A DNA stretch of 64,000 bases from Lingula anatina (lineage: Eukaryota > Animalia > Brachiopoda). The notes below the pieces were generated by a model. The model was not told the origin of the DNA and made no database searches. It saw only the letters and a list, made by a program, of their open reading frames with translations. Both the position numbers and the translations under genes were made by a program. The DNA is taken from positions 20,832,001 through 20,896,000 of the forward strand of contig CM120641.1 in NCBI GenBank assembly GCA_051362555.1, given 5' to 3'. The number at the start of each line of letters is the position of its first letter. Position 1 is the first letter of the stretch. This document shows positions 10,669 through 29,489 of this stretch, one piece after another.

Positions 10669-13208
10669 ATGTCTAGGGTAAGTTAACAATATTATTGTAA
10701 ACTGTATTTGTATATTCTGTACTTAAACACGAATTTTATATCAGTAAATTACAACAGCTGCAATAAATTCATGTTTAAAATTACTGCTGAGTTATTACCA
10801 GAATTGTCAGTCACCCAGCACAAACTCATGAAAATAATAACAGTTGTTTAAAGTTTAATGCATTTGTAAGAGCCTTCAACTAGTGAATGTATTAAATATA
10901 ACATGACTGATATTGGTTTGATTTGATGTGTTTTGCCACATTTATATATTTGGATCATCTTTCCATGATGACAATATTAGCAACATTCAGATTTGGAGAA
11001 AAGAATAACATACAGTAATTGACAGGAGTAAGGAAAATGCTTGTCAGTGTCTTGTAATTGACATTTAGTAACTAATTACCAAAATTACCTTCTGTATATG
11101 TAACAGACCGATAGCTCGGGTAGATGTTTCTTTATTGTTGTTGTACAAATATCTACAAATATCTCCAAATATCTGCAAGAGCAATATAGATAAATTAATT
11201 TTAAACAATTACATATACAAAATTTACACTGACGAAAGACAAGAAAGAAAGAACAAAGAAATAAAAATATAGCAATGCCAAAAACACCATAAAAAATAAA
11301 TATATCAATTTAGAAATGGTGTTTTTGGCATTGCTATATTTTTATTTCTTTGTTCTTTCTTTCTTGTCTTTCGTCAGTGTAAATTTTGTATATGTAATTG
11401 TTTAAAATTAATTTATCTATATTGCTCTTGCAGATATTTGGAGATATTTGTAGATATTTGTACAACAACAATAAAGAAACATCTACCCGAGCTATCGGTC
11501 TGTTACATTTGGCGCCCGAACAGGGACTTGAGTACAAATCGATATCTGCAAGAGTCACGGTCTGTTACATAAAAAGGACTATCAGCTTGACCATTTATAA
11601 AACAGTTTCTATGCCCAAAAGTCCGTCCATTGTTGCCAGTCTTCATTAAGTAGGAGCATGCCTTTTAAAAACTCCAGTGAGACACCATGTGGTATCATAA
11701 TGTATATGTATAAATGTCTTTCTTTTTTCAGAGCAATGTGGAGAACTTGTCACCGCAGATTATGCGTCATGTCACTAAAGAGCTGATGACACTCCAGTCT
11801 GACCCACCTGAGGGTATTAAGATTATCCCCAATGAAGAGGACATCACAGACATACAAGCAGCAATAGAAGGTCCAGGTAATGTGGCAGTGAGGGTTCAGG
11901 GGTTGGTCATTGTGCATGAGGGTGTATATTGTGGTTATTTAGTACAGTGTATTATTTTAAAACTATATTTTAGTGTTGCAGGCAGAATATGAGATATTAT
12001 GTATGTTGGAGTATTTTCTCTACTTGTTTAGGTAGCGCTTTAGATGAGATGAGAATATTGATATCTGTTTGGTTTAATAATTTATTTAAATTCATTTATT
12101 TACTAATATTAATATTAAATATTTACAAGAAGTAAAGATTCCCAGGTCTGTTTATGTTGCCAACCATTTAAATCTAATACAACGGGAACATGATGATCTC
12201 AAAGGCAACTGGCATGAGTTTAAAGTCACTTGTCTTATGAACAACAGTCAACTTTTCTTTTATATTTCAGCTGGCACGCCATATGCTGGTGGTATGTTCA
12301 GGGTAAAGTTGGTGCTCAGCAAAGGTTTTCCAAGTGAGCCTCCGAAAGGTTTCTTCCTCACCAAAATTTTCCATCCCAATGTTGCCAAAAATGGTGAAAT
12401 CTGTGTAAATACATTAAAAAGAGACTGGAAGACAGAATATGGAATAAAACACATTTTATTGGTACATCATATTTGTGCTACTAGTTGCATGTTTCTTTAT
12501 ATTATTGTTTATATTCAAAGTAAAAGTTAACAACAATAATTATTAATATATTTTTTAATTATACACTTGTTGAAGCTATTTTAAAATCAATAAGAGGAGC
12601 AATCAGATTTTAAAAGGTGTTTTGTTTTTATTCTCCAGTTTGAACATATTTCTTGATATATACTGAACACTTCTTTTATAGACAATAAAGTGCCTGTTGA
12701 TTGTCCCAAATCCTGAGTCTGCATTAAACGAAGAGGCAGGAAAACTTTTGTTGGAGCAATATGATGATTATTCTCAGAGAGCTAGATTGTACACTGATAT
12801 TCATGCAAAACCTCCAAGGTAAGCAGAATGTTTAATGCTCATGTGGTTGTCCACATTTTTTGACACTAAAGACTACATTTTAGAAACTCGAGACGAAAGA
12901 AGATGCACACAGTATGGATAGCTGATGGATTTCTTTTTTAATTTAACGCATTTTGAAAGTTTTATTCAGTTAATTTTACAAAAGGGTCAATTTACTATTA
13001 ATTATATCTCATGCTTATTTTGTTGCTCTCATTCATTATGTACTAGTAGAGTTGAACTTACAAACACCATTTGGCTTTTAGATCTTCTTGTGAAGAAGAG
13101 TGCTTGGACAAAAATTCAGATGGTCCATCTGCTAAAAAGCATGCAGGAGACAAAAAGCTTGCAGAAAAGAGGAAAAAAGAGAAAAAGAAAACTCTGAAGC
13201 GATTATGA
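10669..13208 (+). CDS. UBE2S: Ubiquitin-conjugating enzyme E2 S (202 aa)
   Basis: Exons 10669-10677, 11732-11876, 12271-12461, 12682-12818, 13082-13208 (609 nt). Motifs [29 protein letters not shown] (catalytic Cys), [11 protein letters not shown] and the basic C-terminal [11 protein letters not shown] typical of UBE2S. Confidence 0.96.
11099..11569 (+). mobile_element. Foldback LTR-end element with tRNA-Lys(UUU) primer binding site
   Basis: Perfect 192-bp inverted arms 11099-11290 / 11316-11507 with TGTAACA...TGTTACA ends; AATAAA at 11470; PBS TGGCGCCCGAACAGGGACTTGA at 11510-11531; second CGGTCTGTTACA end at 11558-11569. Confidence 0.85.
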
Positions 13209-14515
13209 TGGACATTCTAAACTGTTGTCATAGTCTGACTTGGATGTCAGTTGGGACTTGTGATTTTTGCAAGCAGCTGAGACATTTAAATGAAAATTCA
13301 TTCAAATCAATGACGTTTGTTTGTTATCATACAAGTGCATCATCAGTGGCTGAATAAGTGGATTGCAGCAATTTTTTTATACAACTATATCATGTCATTA
13401 AACAGTTTGTTTTAAATGCCCAGCACAAACATCATTATGTGGGGCTTTGAAACTGTTTCAAGCAGCAGCCTGTCTCTTTTTTTTTCTTTTATTGATGAGG
13501 TAATTTATTTCTTTTAAATGTATTGTTTAGTGCTTGAATAGCCCCAGAGAGATTCCAAATTTCAAAGTGATTGGCTGTAGGAGAAATGGTTTCAAGGCTC
13601 CGTGTACAATAAATGGCCCGTTTCTATCCATTTTTATATACCCCTTCCTCACATGGTGTCATATAAAAATATACATATTAATAAATTATTTCTGTAAGAA
13701 ATGTGGTTGTATTTGCCTTTTTCTGGTTTACAGTGCATGTTGTCGATACAGACTGCCCATTGAGTCTTTTTGGAAAATTTTTTGAAGCTGACAAAATTTG
13801 AGCACTTCTTACAAAATGTGGCAAGCCTTTGGTTGCAACTTCACTATTTTGGTGTTAGTTCATGGCGAATGGTTTCACTGTAAAGAAAAAGACCTGGGGT
13901 TACCCCGCGATGCACTCTTATTGCCTATTCAAAACAAAAAGGCACTTATTCAAACATTTTCACCTCATGTTATGAAATACTTATTTTTGGATCATTGTAA
14001 AAATAGATTCCATACCAAATTTACTGTAACTGCATATACGTTTACTTGAATTCAAATTTACCAGAATCTGCCCGAATAAAAAAAAAATCATCAGGGACGT
14101 ACTCCTCAAAATCTAATTACAAACTGTTATTGAGGTCTCTCCTTAGACAAAAAATGCAAGAAGTTATTCTAAGATCTTTAATGAACATTAAAATCATGAT
14201 ACTGATACATACAAATGCAAAAATCTACCTAGTTCAAAAGTTGTAAAAACTTCATGTTGATCCTGTGGGTAGTCATGGTAAAGTTTTTTTGTTGGACTTG
14301 CAATATTAAAATTATTCTGAAGCCAATTGTTTCATGCACATGTTGGTTTTAAAGATTTAACATCTTTCGAAGCCAAAAAATTGATGATATTGACATCTAG
14401 ACAATTTCTTCACTTTTTCCATAAATCTTTTAATTACTGCCTACATATGTAACATAAAGAGAGAAACCAATCTTGATTGAAAAATTCAGTTCAGTCTGTA
14501 TTTTCTATTTAATTT

Positions 14516-17500
14516 TTATCTTGATTCACTGGAACTAGATCTGCTGTGTCTTCTTCGTCTGGCTGGTGATCTGGACCTTGATTTAGAACGTGACCGTCTT
14601 GGAGGTGTGCGTCTTCTTGGAGGTGGTGACCTGAAAGATACAATTTTAAGATAATTCTGTACATTCAGATTTCTCATCACAGCACAGCCTTTATATCTGA
14701 AAAAATATGAACTCAAAATCTCCATTTTTTGACTCGAATATTTAGCAGGCCTGGATACATACCTCCTCCTAAACCTGGGTGGTGATTGCCTCCACCTTGG
14801 TGGGGGGCCTCTCCTGGGAGGACTTCTCCGTGGTGGCATCCTGGGCTGTCTGGGAGCTAAAACGGTTGCCGCTGTCACTTCCTGGCCATCAATCTGACCT
14901 GCATATTGAGGTTACAAATTATGACATGACTGCATACAAAATGAAATAATTTTTTAAGATTAACAACTAACAATAACAATGAAACCACGCGGAGCCTTAA
15001 AAAATCCACAAATCATTAGATTGCTCACATATCTTAGACATAACCTTAAAAAAACCCACAAATCATTAGATTGCTCACATATCTTAGATATAACATTTAA
15101 AAACCCCACAAATCATTAGACTGCTCACATATCTTAGTTATGACATATGGTGAACCACTGTTTAAAACTTTAGTTATGACTTTGGATGCAAATGAGGTCC
15201 TTTCACTTATAATACAATATCTTTAGCACCAATCTAATATTATCACACTATATTAAGCATTATAAAAAATGGGGGTGTGTGGGGAAGGGGGATATACCTC
15301 CATCCATGTGTTTTATAGCTTTTTCTGCCTCTTCGGGTTTTTCATATTCTACATATGCAAAACCTCTGGAAATATTGCCATGTAGTCTGTCATTGGGCAT
15401 CTCAAGGCTCTTGATTGTTCCATACACAGAAAAGATTTCTTGAATGTGGTCCTTGTTTACATTTCGTGTCAGACGACCTATGTGCACTTTGGATGGTTTG
15501 GGGGTTGGGCTTCTTTTCTTTCTCCGGACAGGTGATCGTGATCTGGACTTGGACTTTGGTTTTGCTGCCCTGCAAAATTAAAAGCAATCGCTATACATAA
15601 TCAAATTCATATTTCACCATTAGACAAGTATTCATATTTAAGAAGTGAAATAGTCTACACCTTCCTTAAAGGGGCCCGCACACGGTGAGCATTTGGCGCG
15701 CGCCACTAGCGCTGCGCCGTTTTCTCATCGTTTGCAGGGGTATTTTGGTGAGATTTTTGCCTCTCGCTCGGCTGAGCAAAATAACTCACGTGTTTGATAT
15801 TTTTGGTCTCTTGAGGCGGCAAATGTCTCAGCGTGTGCGGGGTGCAAGCGTCGATTGCTCATGCCATGCCAACAATGCGCATGTGCCGGTAGCCGGAAAC
15901 AAAGAAAATGGCAGCCCCCAGCGAAGTGAACAAAAATGTACACAGTTATAGTTAGTCTGATTGATTAACGTGGTCACCATTTGCCATTACTACAAAAAAA
16001 AAAAAAAATATGTAATGTTTTCTTAATCACACGATCCCATAGTTCGCGGTGCGTCCGATAGGGGCAGGCCGGGAGGCACCTCTGCTGAGCAAAGAGCGCA
16101 TCGTTTGCGGGGAGCTGAGGAGCGCGAGCATCTGGCGCAGCGCAAGTGACGCGCGCCAATTGCTCACCGTGTGCGGGGTGCTTAACACTTCATTTTAGCA
16201 CTTAGTAGCACAATACATTTTATACCCTAAGAGAATATAAGTATTTTCCATTAAAACAGGTTTATGTTTGGAGAGAGGGTGAGAGGTTGTCTTTGACAGC
16301 CTTTTGAGCAAAATTCCCCTTATATGCTGACAGAGAAATATAGTAATGAAATTATTTTCAAAAAAATGAAAACATCTTAATGTATGTAAAATGTTTTCAT
16401 TTTTTAAAAATAATTTTATTACTATATTTCTCTGTCAGCATATAAAGGTGCATTTTAAGTCAATTTTTTGGCACAACAGTCAGCCAAATGTCAACATATA
16501 GTTTCAAATAGTATAACTTACAGAAATATTTACGGTTAGTGTTTCATATAATTAGAATGGGTATTTTCTGCATATTTTCTGCGCTGTTAATAACCGAGAA
16601 AGATAATAAGTGTGAAAGCTCTTTTAAGGTTGACTGAGTGATTAACACATTTGGCACGTCAACTTTATATGAGTCATATAAGAAATTAGTTGAAGTGCCT
16701 TATATGTCTACTGGGAATCCATTCTCAGTTCAAATGTATCTTTAAGAAGATTACATCAATCAGCTGGTTGAACTAATTTGGAGTGTTCTTATAATGTACA
16801 TCATCATCATCAAAGCCAGATGCAGGTACTGGTGTTTACGACAACATATCTGAAATGTAATATCTCTTACTTTGTTCTGCGTCTGGTTCCTCTATCTCTG
16901 GAGCTGGAAGATCCACTGGAACTACTGCTGTCTGAACTAGAGCTTCTTGAACTACCAGAACTACTGCCAGAACTAGAACTGGAACTGCTTGACCTTGACC
17001 TAGATCTGGAACTGCTACTACTGGAACTGTATAATACATGATACCCATTGGTAATAATTTGGAACTAAGTGCTGGGCCTGCTTGGTTAATTATCTTTTTT
17101 TTAAACTGGTACTGTCTAATGTATGTCTTTCACATTTTTATGATTTTATAAAAGTTGACTTACTAAGATGGATAAATGAATTTTATAAATCATTGGTTCT
17201 TCAACTAAACAATCAATTACTGCAACCAACCATACAAATTGGGAAAAAAATTACAGCAATACCAAGTAACCGATTACATAACTTACCTGTCACCACTGCT
17301 GTTACCACCTTTAGTTTTCTTATCTTTTTCCTTTTCTTTTGTGCGTCCTCGCTCCCCTGTCTTTTTTGCACTAGCACTTTTTTCTCTGCTTGCACTGCGG
17401 CTTCGAACCCTATATTGCAAATTATAATAAATAAATATACACTACACACACACTTGGAGGTCACCATTTTCAAGGATTCCACAATGCGGTTGTGGAGCAA

Positions 17501-18145
17501 CTACCACAGTGACAGAATTAGACATACCTATAGTAAAGACCCCAATTAAGTAATTTAAACTGTAAAGGTTGGACTACAGTACAAGAACAGAAGCTGCAAA
17601 AATGAGTGCAACATGATAATGCACAGTAAATATAAATATATACACATATATTCTGGCAAACTATTTAAGATTGTTTCAAGTACTCTTTGTAACAAGACTG
17701 ATTATCTATGGACCATTCTGATCACCAGAAAGTTCCAATAAAATATCATTCTGAAAAAGCTTTTATGACATAAAACACAAATGTGATCTCACAGTAGAGA
17801 GGTTTACTTTGCATACCTAGATATACATATATCGATCCATTTCTTTTAAAGGACGGGGCCGTAGCAATGGTCCCAAGGTTCATTGGTCCAAAAGTTTAGT
17901 ATAGAACTTTCGTACCAATGAACACTTGATTAAAAAACTGAAGAAAATGCTATGATTTTTCAGACCAATGAACCTTAGGATTATCTAGACGCCCCCTTAA
18001 CAAGCAAAATATTTTGCAAGTGGAATACTCAATTTAATCCTTGCACAGGCTGTACTTTACAGTGGAATATTTTTGAAAAACCCAATACCCTTGTCAGCAT
18101 CAATAAGTTGCCCCAGCATGCAAGTCAAGACAATGTGAATGATAG

Positions 18146-18203
<58 letters not shown>

Positions 18204-18790
18204 CATTCACTACAAACAAAAGATCAGCTAGTTTGTTTACAAATAAAATATTCTGACTAGGGTAGCAGCTACCCTAGTCGGAATATTTTATTTGTAAACA
18301 CAACAAATATCTTGTATTTCTGAAGCATGTCAGCAAAACCTAGACAATTAATTTTCTATATTTTTCCACATTCATTTGTTTGGTGACTTTGATAGGTTCA
18401 ACTGCTATAAAAGTAGACGAGTTCATTTACTGACTGGGTGCATGTTCTACTAGAAGTTTTAAGTCTCACTGCATGTAAAAACCAGGGTCCTAATGTAAGG
18501 GATTAGATGAAGGGTATGCTTAAAACTACATTATTATTCTAAACAGCTCCAAAGTTTATAAAATTAAACATAAGGAACTTGATTTGTTTTATTTCCAGAC
18601 CCAGATGAAAATAATTTACGTTTGCAAGTCGTATGAGTTACCCCAACGTTAATATTTTAAGCTCTAGCAAGTACTCAAACATATAAACATAAATGCAGGG
18701 TATGCACATTTATTTGATGAAAAAAATACTTCTCAATATTGCATCGATGGTGAATAAAATCAGAGGATTCAAAGAGATTTTAACTTACAT
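14516..18790 (-). CDS. RNPS1: RNA-binding protein with serine-rich domain 1 (267 aa)
   Basis: Exons 18790-18789 (AT of a split ATG), 17409-17287, 17026-16871, 15569-15298, 14898-14763, 14630-14516 (804 nt). Poly-Ser domain, RRM (KVHIGRLTRNVNKDHIQEIFS...RGFAYVEY...MDGGQIDGQEVTA) and RS/P tail. Confidence 0.95.
14996..15139. repeat. Minisatellite, 3 copies of ~50 bp
   Basis: CCACAAATCATTAGATTGCTCACATATCTTAG core repeated three times in an RNPS1 intron. Confidence 0.85.
15671..16181. mobile_element. GC-rich MITE (Harbinger/Kolobok-like)
   Basis: ~45-bp TIR (CCCGCACACGGTGAGCA.TTGGCGCGCG.CACT.GCGCTGCGCC and its reverse complement); TTAA context on both flanks. Confidence 0.8.
16321..16444. repeat. 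Imperfect palindrome / small foldback (~55-bp arms)
   Basis: TATATGCTGACAGAGAAATATAGTAAT... pairs with ...ATTACTATATTTCTCTGTCAGCATATA. Confidence 0.8.
17855..17996. mobile_element. Small degenerate TIR element
   Basis: GGGGC...GCCCC ends; subterminal AAGGTTCATTGGTC is inverted against GACCAATGAACCTT. Confidence 0.5.
18149..18201. repeat. (AT)n microsatellite
   Basis: About 26 AT units. Confidence 0.95.
18234..18300. repeat. Near-perfect palindrome, 33-bp arms, 1-nt centre
   Basis: TGTTTACAAATAAAATATTCTGACTAGGGTAGC-A-GCTACCCTAGTCGGAATATTTTATTTGTAAACA (one mismatch). Confidence 0.85.
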
Positions 18791-18813
18791 TTTGAGACAC
18801 CGGCTTGTATGGA

Positions 18814-18824
18814 AAGATGGCGGC
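18814..18824. promoter_or_regulatory. YY1-type motif in RNPS1 5' UTR/promoter
   Basis: AAGATGGCGGC, the consensus YY1 site, about 25 nt upstream of the RNPS1 start. Confidence 0.6.
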
Positions 18825-19629
18825 GATATTGTTTATAAAATTTGCTCTTTTCGGCGTGGAGGCGTGAATGCATAGGAGTTTCATTTCATACCATTTCTTT
18901 AGTTAGTCACTATTTACTTATCATTTTTCATTGAAAAAGAAGTCAACTTAACCATGACGTATGTTTGTACTTTGTAGGGATTTCAAATCTTCTTAACTTT
19001 CTAGAAAAGCGAAAAAAAATAAATAGATCGAATCAGATCAGATCTCATTGGTGTGCTTTGTTTGCACTCATCAGTCGTTCAGTTTAAGAGATTGATCTAC
19101 GATATTTTCATCTGATTACACAGTAGCACAATTTAGTATTTATCATTTTGGAGCATCCACCTCATGTGAAGTGCAATGTACAATACATAAAAAATTGAAA
19201 TTGATAATGTTGTGGCATGAATTACACACTAAATAACCAACAAAATGACAAAGAAATGATTCTAAGAAGACTGGTATTTATTTTTCATTAAAAAGATATA
19301 AAATTGTACTACAAATCCACTCATAATACACTTTGATATTGTCAACCAAAAATGAAGGAGACGGCAAAATGTTTTACAAAAAAAAAAAAAAAAAATCTTA
19401 TCTTATTTAAGACTGACATGATTTTAGTCTAAATGTATGTAAACCAAAGAAAAACTCTCTTCAACAAATGTGACCATATCAGCATCTGTCAAATATGAAC
19501 ATCTGAGAAAAATTGTAACAGAACATTTTCTGTTATGCCATCAATAACTGTTCTTCTTTCTTGCTTTTGTCAATGTTTGTTCATTTGTTTTTAACATTAT
19601 GATCCTTTCTTCCGCTTTTATAACAGATT

Positions 19630-21166
19630 TCATACTTCAGGACCTTCTCCTCCAGGCACAAGCTGTAATAAGGAAAACACAAAGAAATAAATAATTAATC
19701 TTTCAAGTAGATTAAAATGCCTCAAACCTCCAAAAAAGAACCCTCACCAGTGGTTGGCAAATTTCTATTTCTGCTGAATCTAATGAAAAATACATCATAC
19801 TTTCTGGCACTTTATCACTCTTCAGGTACATGGCACGAGCAGCATATATATCTATATATCAGATGTATACCTACCATTGTGATGTTGTTTCCATTTAGTA
19901 GGATCTGATCAAGTTTAGTAACTCTTCTACCCTCTGGAGTGCTTTCACTAAATGAAAATAATATTTTAAAAATTTACAAAACCCAACTGGTAAAAATATT
20001 AAAGATGAAATTTCTCAAAAAAGATCCTGATCTTTTGATCCACGATCTTGTATAATTTAGATTTTTTCTAAAATCTTCTTTCAACACATTAAAATTAAAG
20101 TATTAGAGAATAATTGTTAAAATTCAGAGTTTCACTGAATTAAAAACAGAACACTTTTAAATTACCATTTTAACCAGCACAATTATACTCACAATTCAAT
20201 AACATCTTCCAATACCATATCTGATGGTGTACTTAAGGAAAATTCTTTTTCTTTTATGAGAAACATATATTAAATTAATTAAACAAAATTTCCTATGTAG
20301 AAATGTTTACAGCATTATTGATTTAGCTTGTTTTCCTGTAAATGAGGAAGTCTAGCGGTAAAAGAATTTCAACTTCAGTTCAGATTTTTGATTCACTGAC
20401 TGCTTTAAGCTCATTTATGTATTAAATAGGACCTTGACTGGAGAGATCTTCAAACAACATCTGTTGACAGTGGCTTAGTTGTGGATTCAACACCCAGTTT
20501 AATTCCATAAAATGATGACGAGTGCCTTTTAAACATCAGTAAAAAGAATTTCACTGGTCCTAACAGCTTGAGGATTGACAATTCTACATGTTCATGTCAG
20601 CTACCAGTATATGTCTGCCTGACAATAACTTATTTTTGGCAGTGTATAATGACAACATAAAAATTAGAACCACACGACTTATTAAACATATCTTTCCTAC
20701 ATCAGGCACACAACAAAAGGATACTAACAAAATCATCAAATCCTAAGAGAGTGCCAACCACTTCTTTGTCATTCTTCATGATAATATGTATTCTGGACCC
20801 GATGCATTTGTCCACCAACTCTGTAAAAAGGAACAGGCAGCTGATAATAGTGCTATTTTGCGTAAAAACGAGAATAACAACAAGGTAGAATAGTATATGC
20901 TAGCTCTTTACTTTGCAACAGTCTCTAATACTGAAAGTGGCAAAACGTCAAAATTCACGTTGCCATGTTGAGAACAAGCACACCATTTTTAATAATCATT
21001 AATATTATTGCTATTTATTCTGAATACACAACACCAACCACTAGGATTAACAAAAGCATTGTAATGTAGTTTTACATAATATCATACTTTAAGCAAAAAC
21101 ACTTGTTTATTACAGCGAAAACAACGTACCAAGTGGAAGAAGCTGGGTCGGACTGGTCATCGCCAT
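19630..21166 (-). CDS. LSM5: U6 snRNA-associated Sm-like protein LSm5 (88 aa)
   Basis: Exons 21166-21130, 20820-20725, 20220-20193, 19947-19875, 19662-19630 (267 nt) give [88 protein letters not shown]. Confidence 0.97.
20221..20724 (-). other. U12-type (minor spliceosome) GT-AG intron, LSM5 intron 2
   Basis: 5' splice site GTATCCTTTT; branch site TTTTCCTTAAG about 15 nt before the AG; no polypyrimidine tract. Confidence 0.9.
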
Positions 21167-21277
21167 TTTGCCGGCTTTTGAAAAAGGGCAATTCATGAGT
21201 GCCGATTAAAAGAGTATTAACCTAAAGCGATTTACCGTTTAACTTACAAAATGTTTCAGTTCCTCCATCAGAATACA

Positions 21278-21301
21278 AAAAAAAAAAAAAAAAAAAAAAA
21301 A

Positions 21302-21343
<42 letters not shown>

Positions 21344-21347
21344 AAAA
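21278..21347. repeat. Poly(A) + (AAT)n tract
   Basis: A~26 run followed by about 10 AAT units upstream of LSM5. Confidence 0.9.
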
Positions 21348-22031
21348 ACGTTTGTTACATATTTTTCAGTATTTACAACGCAGAAATAAGAGTTTTGAAG
21401 TTCAATTTAAAAGATATAGGACTTGGCCAAAGTAACTGTTGCTCCATATTCAACTTTTTGAGTTCTAGCTCCTTTAACACATATTATATTATCATTGTCT
21501 AAGTCTTTTGTATTGACGAGGTTTGTGAAAATACTATCAAAATGAAAATATCATTTTGGTGCACTTTAAAACATCAAATTTCACATATTAGAATCAAATG
21601 TTTGTCCAGTATATGCTTTAAAATGAGATTAAATGAGTGTATACTACAAATACAAAGGGTAATTAAAAACAATTCATTGTATTCAAGAAATATACATTTT
21701 ATTATTATCAAATAAAATTATCTTTTCATACAAGACATTTTGTATAAATACACAAATGATTAATGTGTAGAAATACATTTTAAATACCAATAATATGACT
21801 AAATTGAAGGTATATGATTTACACAGTGTATATACGAATACACAATTTTCAGTTTTTCACCATCTCTCAAGCTACTTCCATCTTGCAGATATTGTAGGTA
21901 AGGTTGTTTCAGTTACTCTCTGGAGTATCACAGTATGACTACTGCCAGGTTTAATATCTCTGTTTTCATTTGAGAAGCCAATGTCCCACATTTCACTATT
22001 CTCTTCAGCGGAAAGTTTCTATTTTCTAAGA

Positions 22032-28205
<6,174 letters not shown>

Positions 28206-28399
28206 TTAGTAACTGGATTCCCAGTACCTTGGATAAACCGACCAAGATATACTGTAAAACAGTGGTGAGACACAGGCAAATCCAAGTGGCAGATGCTTAG
28301 TAAAATCAGGACATATGCTAAATATCACGGGGTAGTTTCTGGTATTAAACCTAGCTTTTTCGGTCCGTTACCAGTATCACCAATATAAGTAAATTTTGT

Positions 28400-28690
28400 C
28401 GATTACAGTATCAATAAAATGTGAAAATTAGCTCCGTTGCAACCTGCCTCAAGAAGTTTCCTTTCTTCGAATCTCGAAAAGTCTCGTTGTACGTGTCACA
28501 ATTCACAGGGAAAAGAAACAACATACTTTCCATTACTTATATATATCAAGCACAGTTGCATTTATCCCTTTTCAGTGACACCAAATTAATGTAGTAAAAA
28601 TCTAAGATAGGTCTGTATGTTGGTTTGAAGTATTAAAAAAATGAAATACTTGTTGATTGACTCATCCCTGTGTTGGTTTTCAAGATGGCT
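28400..28690. promoter_or_regulatory. Divergent promoter between SRP54 and the C16orf89-like gene
   Basis: Start codons ~490 bp apart, head-to-head; TCTCGAAAAGTCTCG at 28472; CAAGATGGC (YY1-like) overlapping the ATG at 28685. Confidence 0.6.
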
Positions 28691-29406
28691 GCCTCCAGTA
28701 TGTCCTCACTGTTATTACTTATTTTCATGTTTTTAAGGTTAACTTTGTCTGTGGATCCTTTATTTGATGAGTTGTTGAGTGGTATTGAAAAGGCCGTTTC
28801 ATATTACCAAACAAGTTACAAAGAAATGAACCTAGATGGGATATTTGGACTTAGAGTGGTTGAAGGTAAGCAACAACGCGACAACCCTTCCGACACTGAC
28901 GACAACTACATGTACTTCGTGTCTACCTACAGTCTGTCGTACCATATGGGAACTAAATAATAGAGTGGCCCTATGTTCTTAGGCTCGTTGTACCTTTTAT
29001 TTACACTCTTTGTGTGTAGTAATGGCGTGCACACAGTAATCCTCTTACAGTGGCGGATTTAAAAGGGGTGTAGGGGGATCCTGACCCCTCCTTTCGATTT
29101 CTGGTCCCCTCTTGTAATTAGAATTTTGACTAGCTAAATCAAAGTTCTAAACCGTACCAAATGGCACCGTTCGCCCTCTAAAATACCAAAAATTTTCAGG
29201 GCCCTTCAGCGGATCCGAACCCCACGCCAAGTGGGTGGGATGGGTTGGGGGGGGGGGGGGGGGGAGAGAGGGTCGGCCTCGCATCCGCGGACGCCACCTT
29301 CAAATAATCCTGGTTCTGCCCCTGCTCTTACAATAAAATTCTTATAAAATTTAATTGTAGATTTAGTGAAGGAAACGTCTGGCAGTCGTTACATACGACA
29401 CTGCAT

Positions 29407-29489
<83 letters not shown>

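Noticed and set aside
11510-11531. tRNA-Lys gene or HIV/lentiviral vector contamination
   Set aside because: Only 22 nt match, including the CCA complement; there is no cloverleaf and the flanks do not resemble HIV U5/psi. It is best read as a PBS of an endogenous element.
14996-15139. CRISPR-like array
   Set aside because: Eukaryotic intron; the units are simple tandem ~50-bp copies without unique spacers, and no cas genes are present.
15685-16159. GC-rich ORFs of 61-88 aa
   Set aside because: They lie within a MITE, show no transposase or other motifs, and are explained by GC content.
16755-16812. Possible C/D box snoRNA in an RNPS1 intron (ATGATGA...CTGA on the minus strand)
   Set aside because: The C box comes from a (CAT)n run, the span is short, and I see no terminal stem or recognisable rRNA guide.
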